From an uncultured Rickettsiales bacterium (GTDB taxonomy: Bacteria; Pseudomonadota; Alphaproteobacteria; Rickettsiales; CAZAGG01): a stretch of DNA of 64,000 nt. Every line of letters begins with the position of its first letter. The first letter of the stretch is position 1. A program made the position numbers and the translations under genes. The DNA lies in NCBI GenBank assembly GCA_964484565.1, contig CAZAGG010000006.1:38306-102305 (forward strand). Direction: 5' to 3'. The notes under the pieces were generated by a model that was not told the DNA's origin, ran no database searches, and worked only from the letters and a program-made list of their open reading frames with translations. Shown here piece after piece: positions 56,193 through 64,000 of the stretch.

Positions 56193-58937
56193 ATGGCATT
56201 AAGTTGGAATGAAATTAAAAAGCGAGCATTAGAGTTTTCCAAAACCTATGAGGGCGCAATCAAAGAAAATGCAGAAACGCAAAGTTTCTATAATGACTTT
56301 TTCAATATATTTGGCATTGATAGAAAAAGGGTAAAAGCCTCTTTTGAAGAACCTGCAAAGAGATTAGGCGACAAGCGGGGACGAATTGACTTGTTTTGGC
56401 GTGGGCAGTTATTAGTTGAGCAAAAATCAGCAGGTAGTGATTTATCAAAAGCGAAACAACAAGCCTATGATTATTTAGAGTTTATCCCTAAAAAGGATTT
56501 TCCTAAATACATTATGGTTTCTGATTTTAGGAATTTCGAGCTATATGACCTTGAAGACAATATAGAAGTTAAATTCCATCTAGCTGAACTGCATAAATAT
56601 GTTCATCATTTCGGCTTTATTGCAGGTTATACCAAGCGCAAATTTGAAGACCAATTACCTGTAAATATACAGGCAGGTGAGCTAATTGGTGAACTGCATG
56701 ACCGCTTAGTTGAAAATGGTTACACTGGCATTGAATTAGAGCAATTTCTTATACGCCTTTTATTCTGCCTGTTTGCCGATGATACAGGTATTTTTCAGAA
56801 AGATATTTTTAAATCCTATATCGAAGAAAGAACCGCCGAAGATGGCAGTGATTTGGGTGCAAAGTTAGAAGAGCTTTTCCAAGTGCTTAACCAGCCAAAA
56901 GAAAAACGCCAGAAAAACCTAGATGAAGATTTAGCCCGCTTTGAATACATCAACGGCAATTTATATAAAGGTTATTTACCTATAACCAGCTTTAATAGCA
57001 AAATGCGTGAGCAGCTAATTAAATGCTGCAATTTTAATTGGGGTAAAATTTCACCAGCCATATTTGGTGCAATGTTTCAATCAGCAACCGACCAAACAAA
57101 ACGCCGCAATTTAGGCGCGCACTATACCAGCGAGCAGAATATAATGAAAATCATCAAGCCCCTATTTCTTGATGAATTATATGAGCGTTTTAATAGCATT
57201 AACCAGCCTGCAAAGCTAAAAGAACTGCAAGAGCAGATTGCAAAACTTAAATTCCTAGACCCTGCCTGCGGATGCGGCAACTTTTTAATAATTGCATACA
57301 GGGAGCTTAGAGAGCTTGAACTGCAAATTATCAAGAAGCTGGTAAAAACCGAGCAGTTAGAGCTTGATGTTTCTAAATATGTGAAGGTGAGCATAAACCA
57401 GTTTTATGGCATTGAAATTGAAGAACTGCCAAGCAAAATTGCCGAAGTTGCCATGTGGTTAATAGAACACCAAATGAACACCAAGCTAGGCGAAGAGTTT
57501 GGTAAATGGGTTGCAAACATACCACTAACCAACCACGCAAATATTATTAATGCCAACGCCCTGCGTATGAATTGGGAAGATTTGGTTAAACCAACCGAGC
57601 TAAACTATATTCTGGGCAACCCACCGTTTTTGGGCAAACAAATGCAAGATAAAGAGCAAAAGCAAGATATGGAAAAAGTTTTTGCAGGGGTTAAAGGCGC
57701 AGGAGTATTAGATTTTGTAGCAGCTTGGTATATTAAGGCAGCAAAGTATATTCAAAATACCAAAATCAAAGTTGCCTTTGTTTCGACTAACTCAATCAGC
57801 CAAGGCGAGCAAGTAGGCATTTTGTGGAATGAGTTGTTCAATAACTACGGAATAAAAATCCATTTTGCCCACCGCACTTTTGCTTGGAATAATGAGGCAA
57901 AGGGCAAAGCAGCAGTATTCTGCGTAATTATTGGATTTGCGGCGTTTGATAATGATAAAAAATATATTTATGAATACGATACACCAAAATCTGAACCTCA
58001 TGAAGTTAAAGCAAAAAACATAAACCCTTATTTGGTTGAAGGTAATGACATTGTAATTTTATCAGCAACTAAACCTATTAGTAAAGTTCCAGATATTAGA
58101 TTTGGTAGCATGCCTAATGATGGCGGAAATTTTCTACTAGAACCACTGCAAAAAGCTTCTCTGATTGCTAAAAACTCAAAAATTTCTAAGTTTATAAAAC
58201 CACTTATTGGAGCAAGGGAGTTTTTGAACTCAGAAGAAAAGTTTTGTATTTGGCTGAAGGGTGCAAATCCAAGTGAAATATCAGAAATAGCAGAGCTAAA
58301 AGAAATCGTCGCTGAAGTAAAAGAATACAGGTTACAAAGTGATAGAGCTTCTACAAAGAAATTGGCAGACACACCGAGTTTATTTGGTGAAATTAGGCAG
58401 CCAGAAAAAGATTACATAGTAATTCCGAGAGTTTCTTCTGAAAACAGAAAGTACATACCTCTCGGTATTTTTAGCCCAGAAAACATAGTTGGCGACACTT
58501 GCCTTTGCATCCCCAACGCCACCCTTTACCATTTCGGCATTTTGACTTCACTAATGCATAATGACTGGATGCGCTATACTGCAGGCAGGTTGAAAAGTGA
58601 TTACAGATATTCCAACAAGCTCGTCTACAACAACTTCCCATTCCCCAAAAACCCTACGGACAAGCAAACCAAAGCTATTGAGGAAAAGGCGCAAGGCGTG
58701 TTGGATGCAAGGGCGAAATACCCCACTAGCAGTTTGGCAGATTTATATAACCCCCTCACCATGCCGCCAGAGCTTGTAAAAGCACATAATGAACTTGATA
58801 AAGCAGTTGATACCGCTTATGGCAAAACCAACTTTAAAGATGAACGTGAACGCATAGAATTCCTATTTGCTCTCTATCAAGAATACACCGCCCCATTACT
58901 TGAAAAGAAAAGCAAAAAAAGTAAAAGAAAAACCTAA
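56193..58937 (+). CDS. MmeI-family type IIL (IIG) restriction-modification enzyme, fused endonuclease, N6-adenine methyltransferase and TRD
   Basis: 914 aa. N-terminal nuclease motif D-x9-E-x-K (IDLFWRGQLLVEQKS). The helical spacer has LLFCLFADDTGIF, followed by GAHYTSE, SAM motif I DPACGCGNFL and catalytic motif IV NPPF (YILGNPPFLGKQ). The N-terminus MALSWNEIKKRALEFS resembles MmeI as I remember it. Confidence 0.9.
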   Translation: MALSWNEIKKRALEFSKTYEGAIKENAETQSFYNDFFNIFGIDRKRVKASFEEPAKRLGDKRGRIDLFWRGQLLVEQKSAGSDLSKAKQQAYDYLEFIPKKDFPKYIMVSDFRNFELYDLEDNIEVKFHLAELHKYVHHFGFIAGYTKRKFEDQLPVNIQAGELIGELHDRLVENGYTGIELEQFLIRLLFCLFADDTGIFQKDIFKSYIEERTAEDGSDLGAKLEELFQVLNQPKEKRQKNLDEDLARFEYINGNLYKGYLPITSFNSKMREQLIKCCNFNWGKISPAIFGAMFQSATDQTKRRNLGAHYTSEQNIMKIIKPLFLDELYERFNSINQPAKLKELQEQIAKLKFLDPACGCGNFLIIAYRELRELELQIIKKLVKTEQLELDVSKYVKVSINQFYGIEIEELPSKIAEVAMWLIEHQMNTKLGEEFGKWVANIPLTNHANIINANALRMNWEDLVKPTELNYILGNPPFLGKQMQDKEQKQDMEKVFAGVKGAGVLDFVAAWYIKAAKYIQNTKIKVAFVSTNSISQGEQVGILWNELFNNYGIKIHFAHRTFAWNNEAKGKAAVFCVIIGFAAFDNDKKYIYEYDTPKSEPHEVKAKNINPYLVEGNDIVILSATKPISKVPDIRFGSMPNDGGNFLLEPLQKASLIAKNSKISKFIKPLIGAREFLNSEEKFCIWLKGANPSEISEIAELKEIVAEVKEYRLQSDRASTKKLADTPSLFGEIRQPEKDYIVIPRVSSENRKYIPLGIFSPENIVGDTCLCIPNATLYHFGILTSLMHNDWMRYTAGRLKSDYRYSNKLVYNNFPFPKNPTDKQTKAIEEKAQGVLDARAKYPTSSLADLYNPLTMPPELVKAHNELDKAVDTAYGKTNFKDERERIEFLFALYQEYTAPLLEKKSKKSKRKT

Positions 58938-58938
58938 T

Positions 58939-58959
58939 TGGGGGTACTTTTGGGGGTAT
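58939..58959. repeat. TGGGGGTAC / TGGGGGTAT direct repeats immediately after the RM gene stop
   Basis: 58939-58947 and 58951-58959 carry the same 9-mer family as the cluster at 55472-55531. Confidence 0.65.
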
Positions 58960-59078
58960 CTGTAAAAATATCTCACTTAATAATACATTACAATCAAATA
59001 CTTGTCGCTCTAATGTGTATGTCGTCACCGAAACGGTACAAACTCCCAAATGATTAGCAAGTGCATATCTAACCCACT

Positions 59079-59218
59079 ATTATAGTGCTTCTAGTTTTAT
59101 TTGAGAGCAGGTGTTTCGAGGCGAGGCGCGCGTGCGCGCGGAGCGTATTAATATGAAAGACTAGGCACCGCTAGATAATTAAATCCGCCGCTATCAGATG
59201 AAAATAGATGTACTATAG
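59079..59218. repeat. palindromic repeat family C, copy 2 (inverted relative to copy 1), with an alternating CG core
   Basis: TIRs TATAGTGCTTCTAGTTTT / AAAATAGATGTACTATAG. The core GAGGCGAGGCGCGCGTGCGCGCGGAGCG is very GC-rich for this genome. An internal CTAGGCACCGCTAGATAATT resembles the TIR of the 20333-20610 element. Confidence 0.55.
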
Positions 59219-59313
59219 AAAACAAAGAAGACTAACTCTTTTATATTGCAGAATTGATTGATGGATGCCTATAATACCCCCATATTTTATATGGTTGATA
59301 ATGGGGAAAGTTT

Positions 59314-60276
59314 TTGAGCTTTTTTAGATTATTTTTAGTATGCATCATCACTTTTACTGCATCTTCATCACTGGCAGCTAACCAGTCGATAATTGCAGTA
59401 GTTGATAATAAAGCCATCACCTCTTATGATCTTGAGGAAAGAATAAAGCTGGTTATTGCTACATCAAATATTCCGCAGGGTGTTGACGTAGAAAAGAGGG
59501 TTAAGCCTCAAGTTTTGCGCGCAATGATAGATGAAACTCTGCAACTCAAAGAAGCTGAGAAAATGGGCATTAACATAACCCCTCAGGAAATAGAAAACGC
59601 AATAGCCACTCTTGAAAAACGTAATGGCACAGAAGCAGGCGGCCTAATGAGGTTCATTGCAGAAAAAGGTGCGTCACCAAAAGCAATGACCGAACAATTA
59701 AAAGCGCAAATTGCTTGGAATAAAATCGTCATGCAGAAAATCAGACCCCGCGTTAGAGTAAGTGATGAAGAAGTAAATCAGGCAATGGAAACAGTCGTTA
59801 AGCAGAGTGTTGTTACTGAATATCAAATTTCAGAAATCGTTATACCTGTTGATTCACCTGATATGGAAAAAATAGCATCTGATCTGGCAAACAGAATCAA
59901 AAACGATATTAATGGGGGGGTTGCCTTTGCAACTCTCGCTGAAGAAGTTGCTATGGTTGCAACGACTCCTTCCACCAACGAGGTGGTTAGGTGGGTAAGC
60001 CCTGAAATTTTAGATGAAGAAATAAAAAAATTCGTAATGCTGCAATCATCGACAACACTACCATCTCGAACCGAATTAATTAAAACGAATATTGGTTTTC
60101 ATATTGTGCGAGTTGAAGATAAGAGAAGTTCATCTGTTAACGGCAACGAAGATATTAACGAAATTGCCGAACAGCAACAGATTAGAGAACAGATGTTTGC
60201 AAGAAAGATGGATCTTGAGGTTCGTAAATTCATGAGAAACATGAGAAAATCCGCTCTTATCGAGATAAGAGGATAA
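59314..60276 (+). CDS. SurA-like periplasmic chaperone / peptidyl-prolyl isomerase
   Basis: Signal peptide (FTASSSLAANQ), a SurA N-terminal-type helical domain (VVDNKAITSYDLEERIK...AWNKIV), and a degenerate parvulin-like region (IGFHIVRVEDKR). Confidence 0.75.
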   Translation: MSFFRLFLVCIITFTASSSLAANQSIIAVVDNKAITSYDLEERIKLVIATSNIPQGVDVEKRVKPQVLRAMIDETLQLKEAEKMGINITPQEIENAIATLEKRNGTEAGGLMRFIAEKGASPKAMTEQLKAQIAWNKIVMQKIRPRVRVSDEEVNQAMETVVKQSVVTEYQISEIVIPVDSPDMEKIASDLANRIKNDINGGVAFATLAEEVAMVATTPSTNEVVRWVSPEILDEEIKKFVMLQSSTTLPSRTELIKTNIGFHIVRVEDKRSSSVNGNEDINEIAEQQQIREQMFARKMDLEVRKFMRNMRKSALIEIRG

Positions 60277-60277
60277 T

Positions 60278-61105
60278 ATGTTAAAAGATTTAATGGGCAA
60301 AAAGACTTTACCCCTGATTTTAGTTATGCATCTCATGCTAGCTTCTTGCTCATCTTCAGATGACGAAGCTGAGTTGGCAAAACTTGCGGAAAGACCTATT
60401 CATGAGCTTTATGAGGAGGCTTGGAACTCTCTAGCTTCCAATAAATATAAAAAGGCAATGACTGCTTTTGAAGAGGTTGAACGGCAATATCCATATTCAG
60501 AATGGGCAACGCGAGCAAAGATTATGTATGCTTACGCAGCTTATAAAGATGAAGATTACGACAAAGCAATTCCTGCGCTTGAAAATTTTGTCAAAATGCA
60601 CCCTGCCAACACAAGCACACCATACGCTTATTATCTGATAGCATTATCTTATTACAATCAAATATCTGATGTTGCGAGAGATCAGGAAATCACCGAAAAC
60701 ACCCTTCTCGCTCTTGAAGATGTAATAGGAAGATTCCCAGACTCAGACTATGCAAGAGATGCAAAAATCAAAAAGGATTTGGTAATAGATCACCTTGCAG
60801 GTAAAGAAATGGAGATAGGCAGATATTACCTTCAAAGAAATGAACTGGTTGCAGCAGTCAATAGATTTAAATATGTGGTTGACTCATTTCAGACAACATC
60901 TCACACACCAGAGGCTTTGCATAGGCTAACAGAGTGCTATCTGATTCTAGGTGTTGAAGATCAGGCTAAGAAATACGCGGCAGTTTTAGGCCATAATTAT
61001 CCGGGTAATAAGTGGTATCAAAGAAGTTACAATCTTCTTACAGGGCAAAGTGGCGAGCCTGAAAAAGGTTGGTTCGAAAGGAATCTCAAAGGCTTTTTAA
61101 AATAA
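60278..61105 (+). CDS. bamD: outer membrane protein assembly factor BamD (YfiO)
   Basis: Lipobox MLASCSS and TPR-like repeats (YEEAWNSLASNKYKKAMTAFEEVERQYPYSEWA ... FPDSDYARDA ... EIGRYYLQRN). bamD-recN synteny. Confidence 0.85.
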   Translation: MLKDLMGKKTLPLILVMHLMLASCSSSDDEAELAKLAERPIHELYEEAWNSLASNKYKKAMTAFEEVERQYPYSEWATRAKIMYAYAAYKDEDYDKAIPALENFVKMHPANTSTPYAYYLIALSYYNQISDVARDQEITENTLLALEDVIGRFPDSDYARDAKIKKDLVIDHLAGKEMEIGRYYLQRNELVAAVNRFKYVVDSFQTTSHTPEALHRLTECYLILGVEDQAKKYAAVLGHNYPGNKWYQRSYNLLTGQSGEPEKGWFERNLKGFLK

Positions 61106-61116
61106 TATAGGGTAGC

Positions 61117-62793
61117 ATGACTATACTATCTCTAACAGTTAGCAATATTGTTTTGATTGAGAAACTCAGCATAGATTTTGCAAAAGGTCTTTGTGTGCTA
61201 ACTGGCGAAACGGGAGCAGGAAAATCAATATTACTAGACTGCTTAGGCCTTGCTCTTGGTGAGCGAAGCGAGAGCGGACTAGTTCGCGGCGGGCAGTCGC
61301 AAGGCTCTGTGGTTGCTGAGTTTGATATATCAAAGCTACAAAATATCCAAGAGCGATTAGATGAATTCGGTATTACTAAAAACAATCCACTGATTTTAAA
61401 AAGAATAATTAACTCCGATGGCAAAAGCAGAGCATTTATAAACGATGAAGCCGTCAGCGTTAATACACTCAAAGATATTGGCTCAATGCTAGTGGAAATT
61501 CACGGCCAACACGATCAAAAGGGATTGCTGAATCAACAAACTCACATCCACATGCTAGATGAATTCGGCTCACTTTCCGAGCATTCAAAAGAGGTTAGAA
61601 AACTTTGGCGTGAATGGAAGAGTTTTGAGAAAAAACTGCAAGATGAAATTGAAGCACTCGAAAAAGCGAAACGAGATGAAGAATATCTTCGATACGTCGC
61701 TAAAGAGATAGAAGATCTGGCACCAGAAAAAGGTGAGGAAAATAGCCTTGCCGAAGAACGAATCGAAATTCAAAACGCCATGAAATCAGCGGAGGTAATA
61801 GATTCGACACTTAAAATATTATCTCCGAATAAATCCGTTTTAGATCTAATCTCGCAGGCAGAAAGAGAACTCATTAGAGGATCTTCGAAAACTAATCCCG
61901 AACAGTTCTCAAAAATATTAGAACATTTAGAAAAAAGCTCCATCGAACTTAACGAGGCTATAGCCGAGCTTGAGGCCATGAATGATGATAATATAAATAA
62001 TATAAGCGAGCAAAGACTCGAAAAAATTGAAGATAGGCTCTTTACCCTAAGAGCAATTGCACGGAAATATGGAATAAGTGTAGATGAGCTTAAAGACTAT
62101 GGCGACAAAATCAGAGAACAAATTGGGTTAATCGAAACCTCCGAATCGAATCAAGCAGCACTTAATGAACAAGTAAAAAAGGCACGCGATTTATATATCA
62201 AAAAGGCATTTGAACTCTCGGAACAACGCAGAAATTTTGCTGTAAAACTTGAAAAGAAAGTTATGGATGAACTCGAACCTCTAAAACTTGGCAGAACTGT
62301 TTTTGAAGTGGCTATTGTAAAAAAGGATGAATCCGAATGGACAGAAAACGGAATCGACGATATTGCCTTTCTTGCAGCAACAAATCCGGGAGCTAATCCT
62401 TCTTCAATTGCAAAAATTGCATCTGGCGGCGAGTTATCAAGATTTATGCTTGCTCTCAAGGTTGCCTTATCAGAAGTAAAATCTGTTCCCACAGTTATTT
62501 TCGATGAAATTGATACAGGAATTGGCGGCGCAGTTGCAGACGCTGTTGGTGCAAGACTTGCTAAACTTGGCAATATTATTCAGGTTCTTGTTGTAACCCA
62601 CCAGCCCCAAGTTGCCGCAAGAGCAAAGCACCATCTGCTAATTTCTAAGAAAATGAATGCAGATTCAGCAATAACTTCAGTTGAAGTTCTAGGTTCAGAC
62701 AAGCAGCAAGAAGAACTTGCAAGAATGCTCTCTGGGTCAGAAATAACACCAGAAGCCCGAGCCGCCGCAGCCCGACTACTCCTTTCAGCTTAA
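61117..62793 (+). CDS. recN: DNA repair protein RecN
   Basis: Walker A LTGETGAGKSILLD, a long coiled coil, the SMC-type signature IASGGELSRFMLALK, and Walker B VIFDEIDTGIGG. Confidence 0.95.
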   Translation: MTILSLTVSNIVLIEKLSIDFAKGLCVLTGETGAGKSILLDCLGLALGERSESGLVRGGQSQGSVVAEFDISKLQNIQERLDEFGITKNNPLILKRIINSDGKSRAFINDEAVSVNTLKDIGSMLVEIHGQHDQKGLLNQQTHIHMLDEFGSLSEHSKEVRKLWREWKSFEKKLQDEIEALEKAKRDEEYLRYVAKEIEDLAPEKGEENSLAEERIEIQNAMKSAEVIDSTLKILSPNKSVLDLISQAERELIRGSSKTNPEQFSKILEHLEKSSIELNEAIAELEAMNDDNINNISEQRLEKIEDRLFTLRAIARKYGISVDELKDYGDKIREQIGLIETSESNQAALNEQVKKARDLYIKKAFELSEQRRNFAVKLEKKVMDELEPLKLGRTVFEVAIVKKDESEWTENGIDDIAFLAATNPGANPSSIAKIASGGELSRFMLALKVALSEVKSVPTVIFDEIDTGIGGAVADAVGARLAKLGNIIQVLVVTHQPQVAARAKHHLLISKKMNADSAITSVEVLGSDKQQEELARMLSGSEITPEARAAAARLLLSA

Positions 62794-62826
62794 TGCTTAC
62801 TTCGTTGTAGAATGGTTGCTTAGTAT

Positions 62827-63047
62827 TGCCCCATATGCTAAATTATGGGCAGAGTTGAAGGTTTTCAACTTCGGGGCTTTACAACCTCATACAGAGCGGC
62901 TGGCATTGGTCGTTATTAAATGCCTCCCTTGACTCACGGTCTGGGAGGTACTGTCGTATGTCCAGCCGAAGGGTAAAGGACAGTACGATCGTCTCTGTAC
63001 GATTTGTAAACTCCCAGTCCACCAGCTTATTTGCTGGTGGTTTATTT
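62827..63047 (+). ncRNA. candidate structured RNA of unknown class (GC-rich, multi-hairpin, ends in a terminator)
   Basis: No plausible ORF. There are consecutive hairpins (62828-62851, 62853-62870) and a long-range helix GGGGCTTTACAA..TACAGAG (62873-62896) pairing with CTCTGTA..TTGTAAACTCCC (62993-63015). That helix encloses two hairpins (CCTCCC..GGGAGG ; ACTGTC..GTCC-AGCCGAAGGGTAAA-GGAC..GACAGT). CGGCTGG/CCAGCCG offers an alternative pairing. Confidence 0.3.
63019..63047 (+). terminator. intrinsic terminator
   Basis: CCACCAGC-TTATTT-GCTGGTGG stem-loop followed by TTTATTT. Confidence 0.75.
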
Positions 63048-63159
63048 AATGCTAAGCCTAAGAGAAATCACCAGAACTGAAGCTATTATTCTCTTTCCAG
63101 CAATTGAAAATGCAAATGAGAATTAGACGGAACAGCAAAGGTATATTTTTCTTGCAAAT

Positions 63160-63178
63160 GATAATGATTTGCATTATC
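63160..63178. promoter_or_regulatory. Fur box upstream of bfd
   Basis: GATAATGATTTGCATTATC matches the 19-bp consensus GATAATGATAATCATTATC at 16/19 positions. It is embedded in the palindrome ATGATAATG-N5-CATTATCAT and ends 8 nt before the bfd ATG. Confidence 0.6.
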
Positions 63179-63186
63179 ATTCCCAA

Positions 63187-63387
63187 ATGCTTGTATGTAT
63201 ATGTAACGGAATTAGAGAACAAGACATCCGCGAGTGCAACTCTGGAGGCAGCGTTTCTGGCGTTTTCAAACAGCTGGGTTGCTCTCCTCAATGTGGAAAA
63301 TGCATCTGCTGGATGCGTGAGAACATCGAATCAATGCAAGGTTCCGTTCTTTCATCTGGCTCTTTATTGCAAGCTAACAGCAATTAG
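63187..63387 (+). CDS. bfd: bacterioferritin-associated ferredoxin (2Fe-2S)
   Basis: MLVCICNGIREQDIRE...GCSPQCGKC shows the four-Cys Bfd pattern (C-x-C ... C-x2-C). Start set at the internal Met; the track ORF begins at 63169. Confidence 0.85.
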   Translation: MLVCICNGIREQDIRECNSGGSVSGVFKQLGCSPQCGKCICWMRENIESMQGSVLSSGSLLQANSN

Positions 63388-63490
63388 TGCTTGCGAGCTT
63401 ATTCTATAATTGATATAAGGTCTCCCCTGCTGGAATTAGAGAACTAATTTTAGCGGTTATCAAGATTTTGCACATTGGCACCATTCTTAT

Positions 63491-63567
<77 letters not shown>

Positions 63568-63695
63568 ATCTTTTCAATAGGTTACGCGTCATAAGTAAAA
63601 CAGAGAAATTTCTCTAGGTCGCAATAGTTACATTTTTTCTCATTTCTAAAAAAAGACATTCCTCTAGTCATTTTTTAATTAAAAACTTCAGACAT

Positions 63696-64000
63696 TTAGA
63701 ATGGTTTTATGACGACCAGAATCACTATCAAAATCATTAAAACGGTTGGAACTTCATTGGCATATCTGAAAAACTTAGATGATTTCTGGTTTTGGTCAGA
63801 TTCAAAATCTTTTCGCCATTTTGCAAGCATTCCATGAAATCCAGCCATTACAAGAACCAGAGTTATCTTAGCGTGCATCCATCCAGATCCTCTGAGTGAG
63901 TCAAATCCGACTATTTTGAGCAGTAAAAATCCGAATATAAAGCTGGCAATCATTGCGGGATTCATTATATATCGGAGCAATTTCTTCTCCATAACCTTGA
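63696..64000 (-). CDS. hemJ: protoporphyrinogen IX oxidase HemJ (UPF0093/CopD-like), N-terminus beyond the window end
   Basis: The C-terminal part ...GWMHAKITLVLVMAGFHGMLAKWRKDF...KFFRYANEVPTVLMILIVILVVIKPF matches the HemJ family end. The reading frame stays open to the window edge, so this feature is partial. Confidence 0.7.
   Translation of the reverse strand, partial: KVMEKKLLRYIMNPAMIASFIFGFLLLKIVGFDSLRGSGWMHAKITLVLVMAGFHGMLAKWRKDFESDQNQKSSKFFRYANEVPTVLMILIVILVVIKPF

Noticed and set aside
58960-59080. attR (direct repeat of the tRNA-Asp 3' end) for the island
   Set aside because: Only a weak partial match exists (ACTCCC..AA.T.AT near 59042-59055 against CACTCCCGCCAATTTATCAT). It is too short and gapped to call, so the distal boundary is left undefined.
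61070-61095. Alphaproteobacterial SOS box (GTTC-N7-GTTC) upstream of recN
   Set aside because: The sequence GGTTCGAAAGGAATCTC has only the first half-site, and the second is ATCT rather than GTTC. No other candidate lies between bamD and recN.
62940-62990. SRP (4.5S) RNA or glycine/glutamine riboswitch, suggested by the hairpin GTCC-AGCCGAAGGGTAAA-GGAC
   Set aside because: It lacks the SRP helix-8 consensus (GGUCC-GGAA-GGAAGCAGCC) and the glycine aptamer GGAGAG / CACCGAAGGGGCAA / CUCAGGCAAAAGGAC set. It is also followed by a terminator and then the bfd promoter, so it is not a 5' leader.
62827-63047. tmRNA (ssrA) hypothesis for the structured segment, prompted by ...CTCCCAGTCCACCA resembling a tmRNA/tRNA 3' end
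   Set aside because: There is no T-arm (GGTTCGA.TCC), no 5' GGGG acceptor partner and no tag reading frame ending in ..LAA/VAA. Alphaproteobacterial tmRNA is two-piece with an internal CCA, whereas here CCACCA is simply part of the terminator stem.
63058-63409. ORFs 63058-63291 (-) and 63104-63409 (+) overlapping bfd
   Set aside because: The bfd frame carries the diagnostic four-Cys ferredoxin pattern, while the other frames have no motifs and run across the Fur box and terminator.

Overview
This 64-kb window is chromosomal sequence from an AT-rich alphaproteobacterium. The lineage call rests on marker families and synteny: UPF0262, DUF1013/TrcR, DUF3576, PAS_5, a DnaJ-domain gene next to cobS-like, cpaBCD, bamD-recN, and acnA divergent from ccmA. 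Most of the window is recognisable housekeeping: aroE, coaE, purF, acs, proA, polA, tig-clpP-clpX, acnA, gatB, msrB, ftsZ, recN, bamE/bamD/surA-like, plus tRNA-Tyr, tRNA-Asp and initiator tRNA-Met. Five regions stand out. (1) Two tandem paralogous, oversized GspG-type prepilins sit against tRNA-Tyr. One carries a possible LecA/PA-IL-like C-terminal lectin module, and no assembly genes are adjacent. (2) The Tad locus is truncated to cpaB-cpaC-cpaD, followed by an orphan gene where cpaE is expected. (3) A 7-gene lipid-modification cluster (FAD oxidase, DUF1365, CFA-synthase-like, chalcone-isomerase-like, MFS, DUF3833, SDR) is flanked by glutathione peroxidase, patatin and quinone oxidoreductase genes. 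It is split by about 600 bp of nested palindromic MITE-like repeats. (4) A decayed island at tRNA-Asp has an internally deleted P4-type integrase and an intact MmeI-family type IIL restriction-modification enzyme, bracketed by TGGGGGTAC repeat clusters. (5) An accessory patch at 42.7-44.5 kb holds mosaic repeats, small ORFs and an HExxH orphan where ccmB is expected. I also found at least three dispersed palindromic repeat families that share modules, a GC-rich structured RNA candidate of unknown class after recN, a Fur box in front of an orphan bfd, a perfect consensus sigma70 promoter, and two sub-60-aa ORFs absent from the ORF track. There is no CRISPR array, rRNA, intact IS element or prophage. 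All family assignments come from motif recognition by eye and need HMM/BLAST confirmation.
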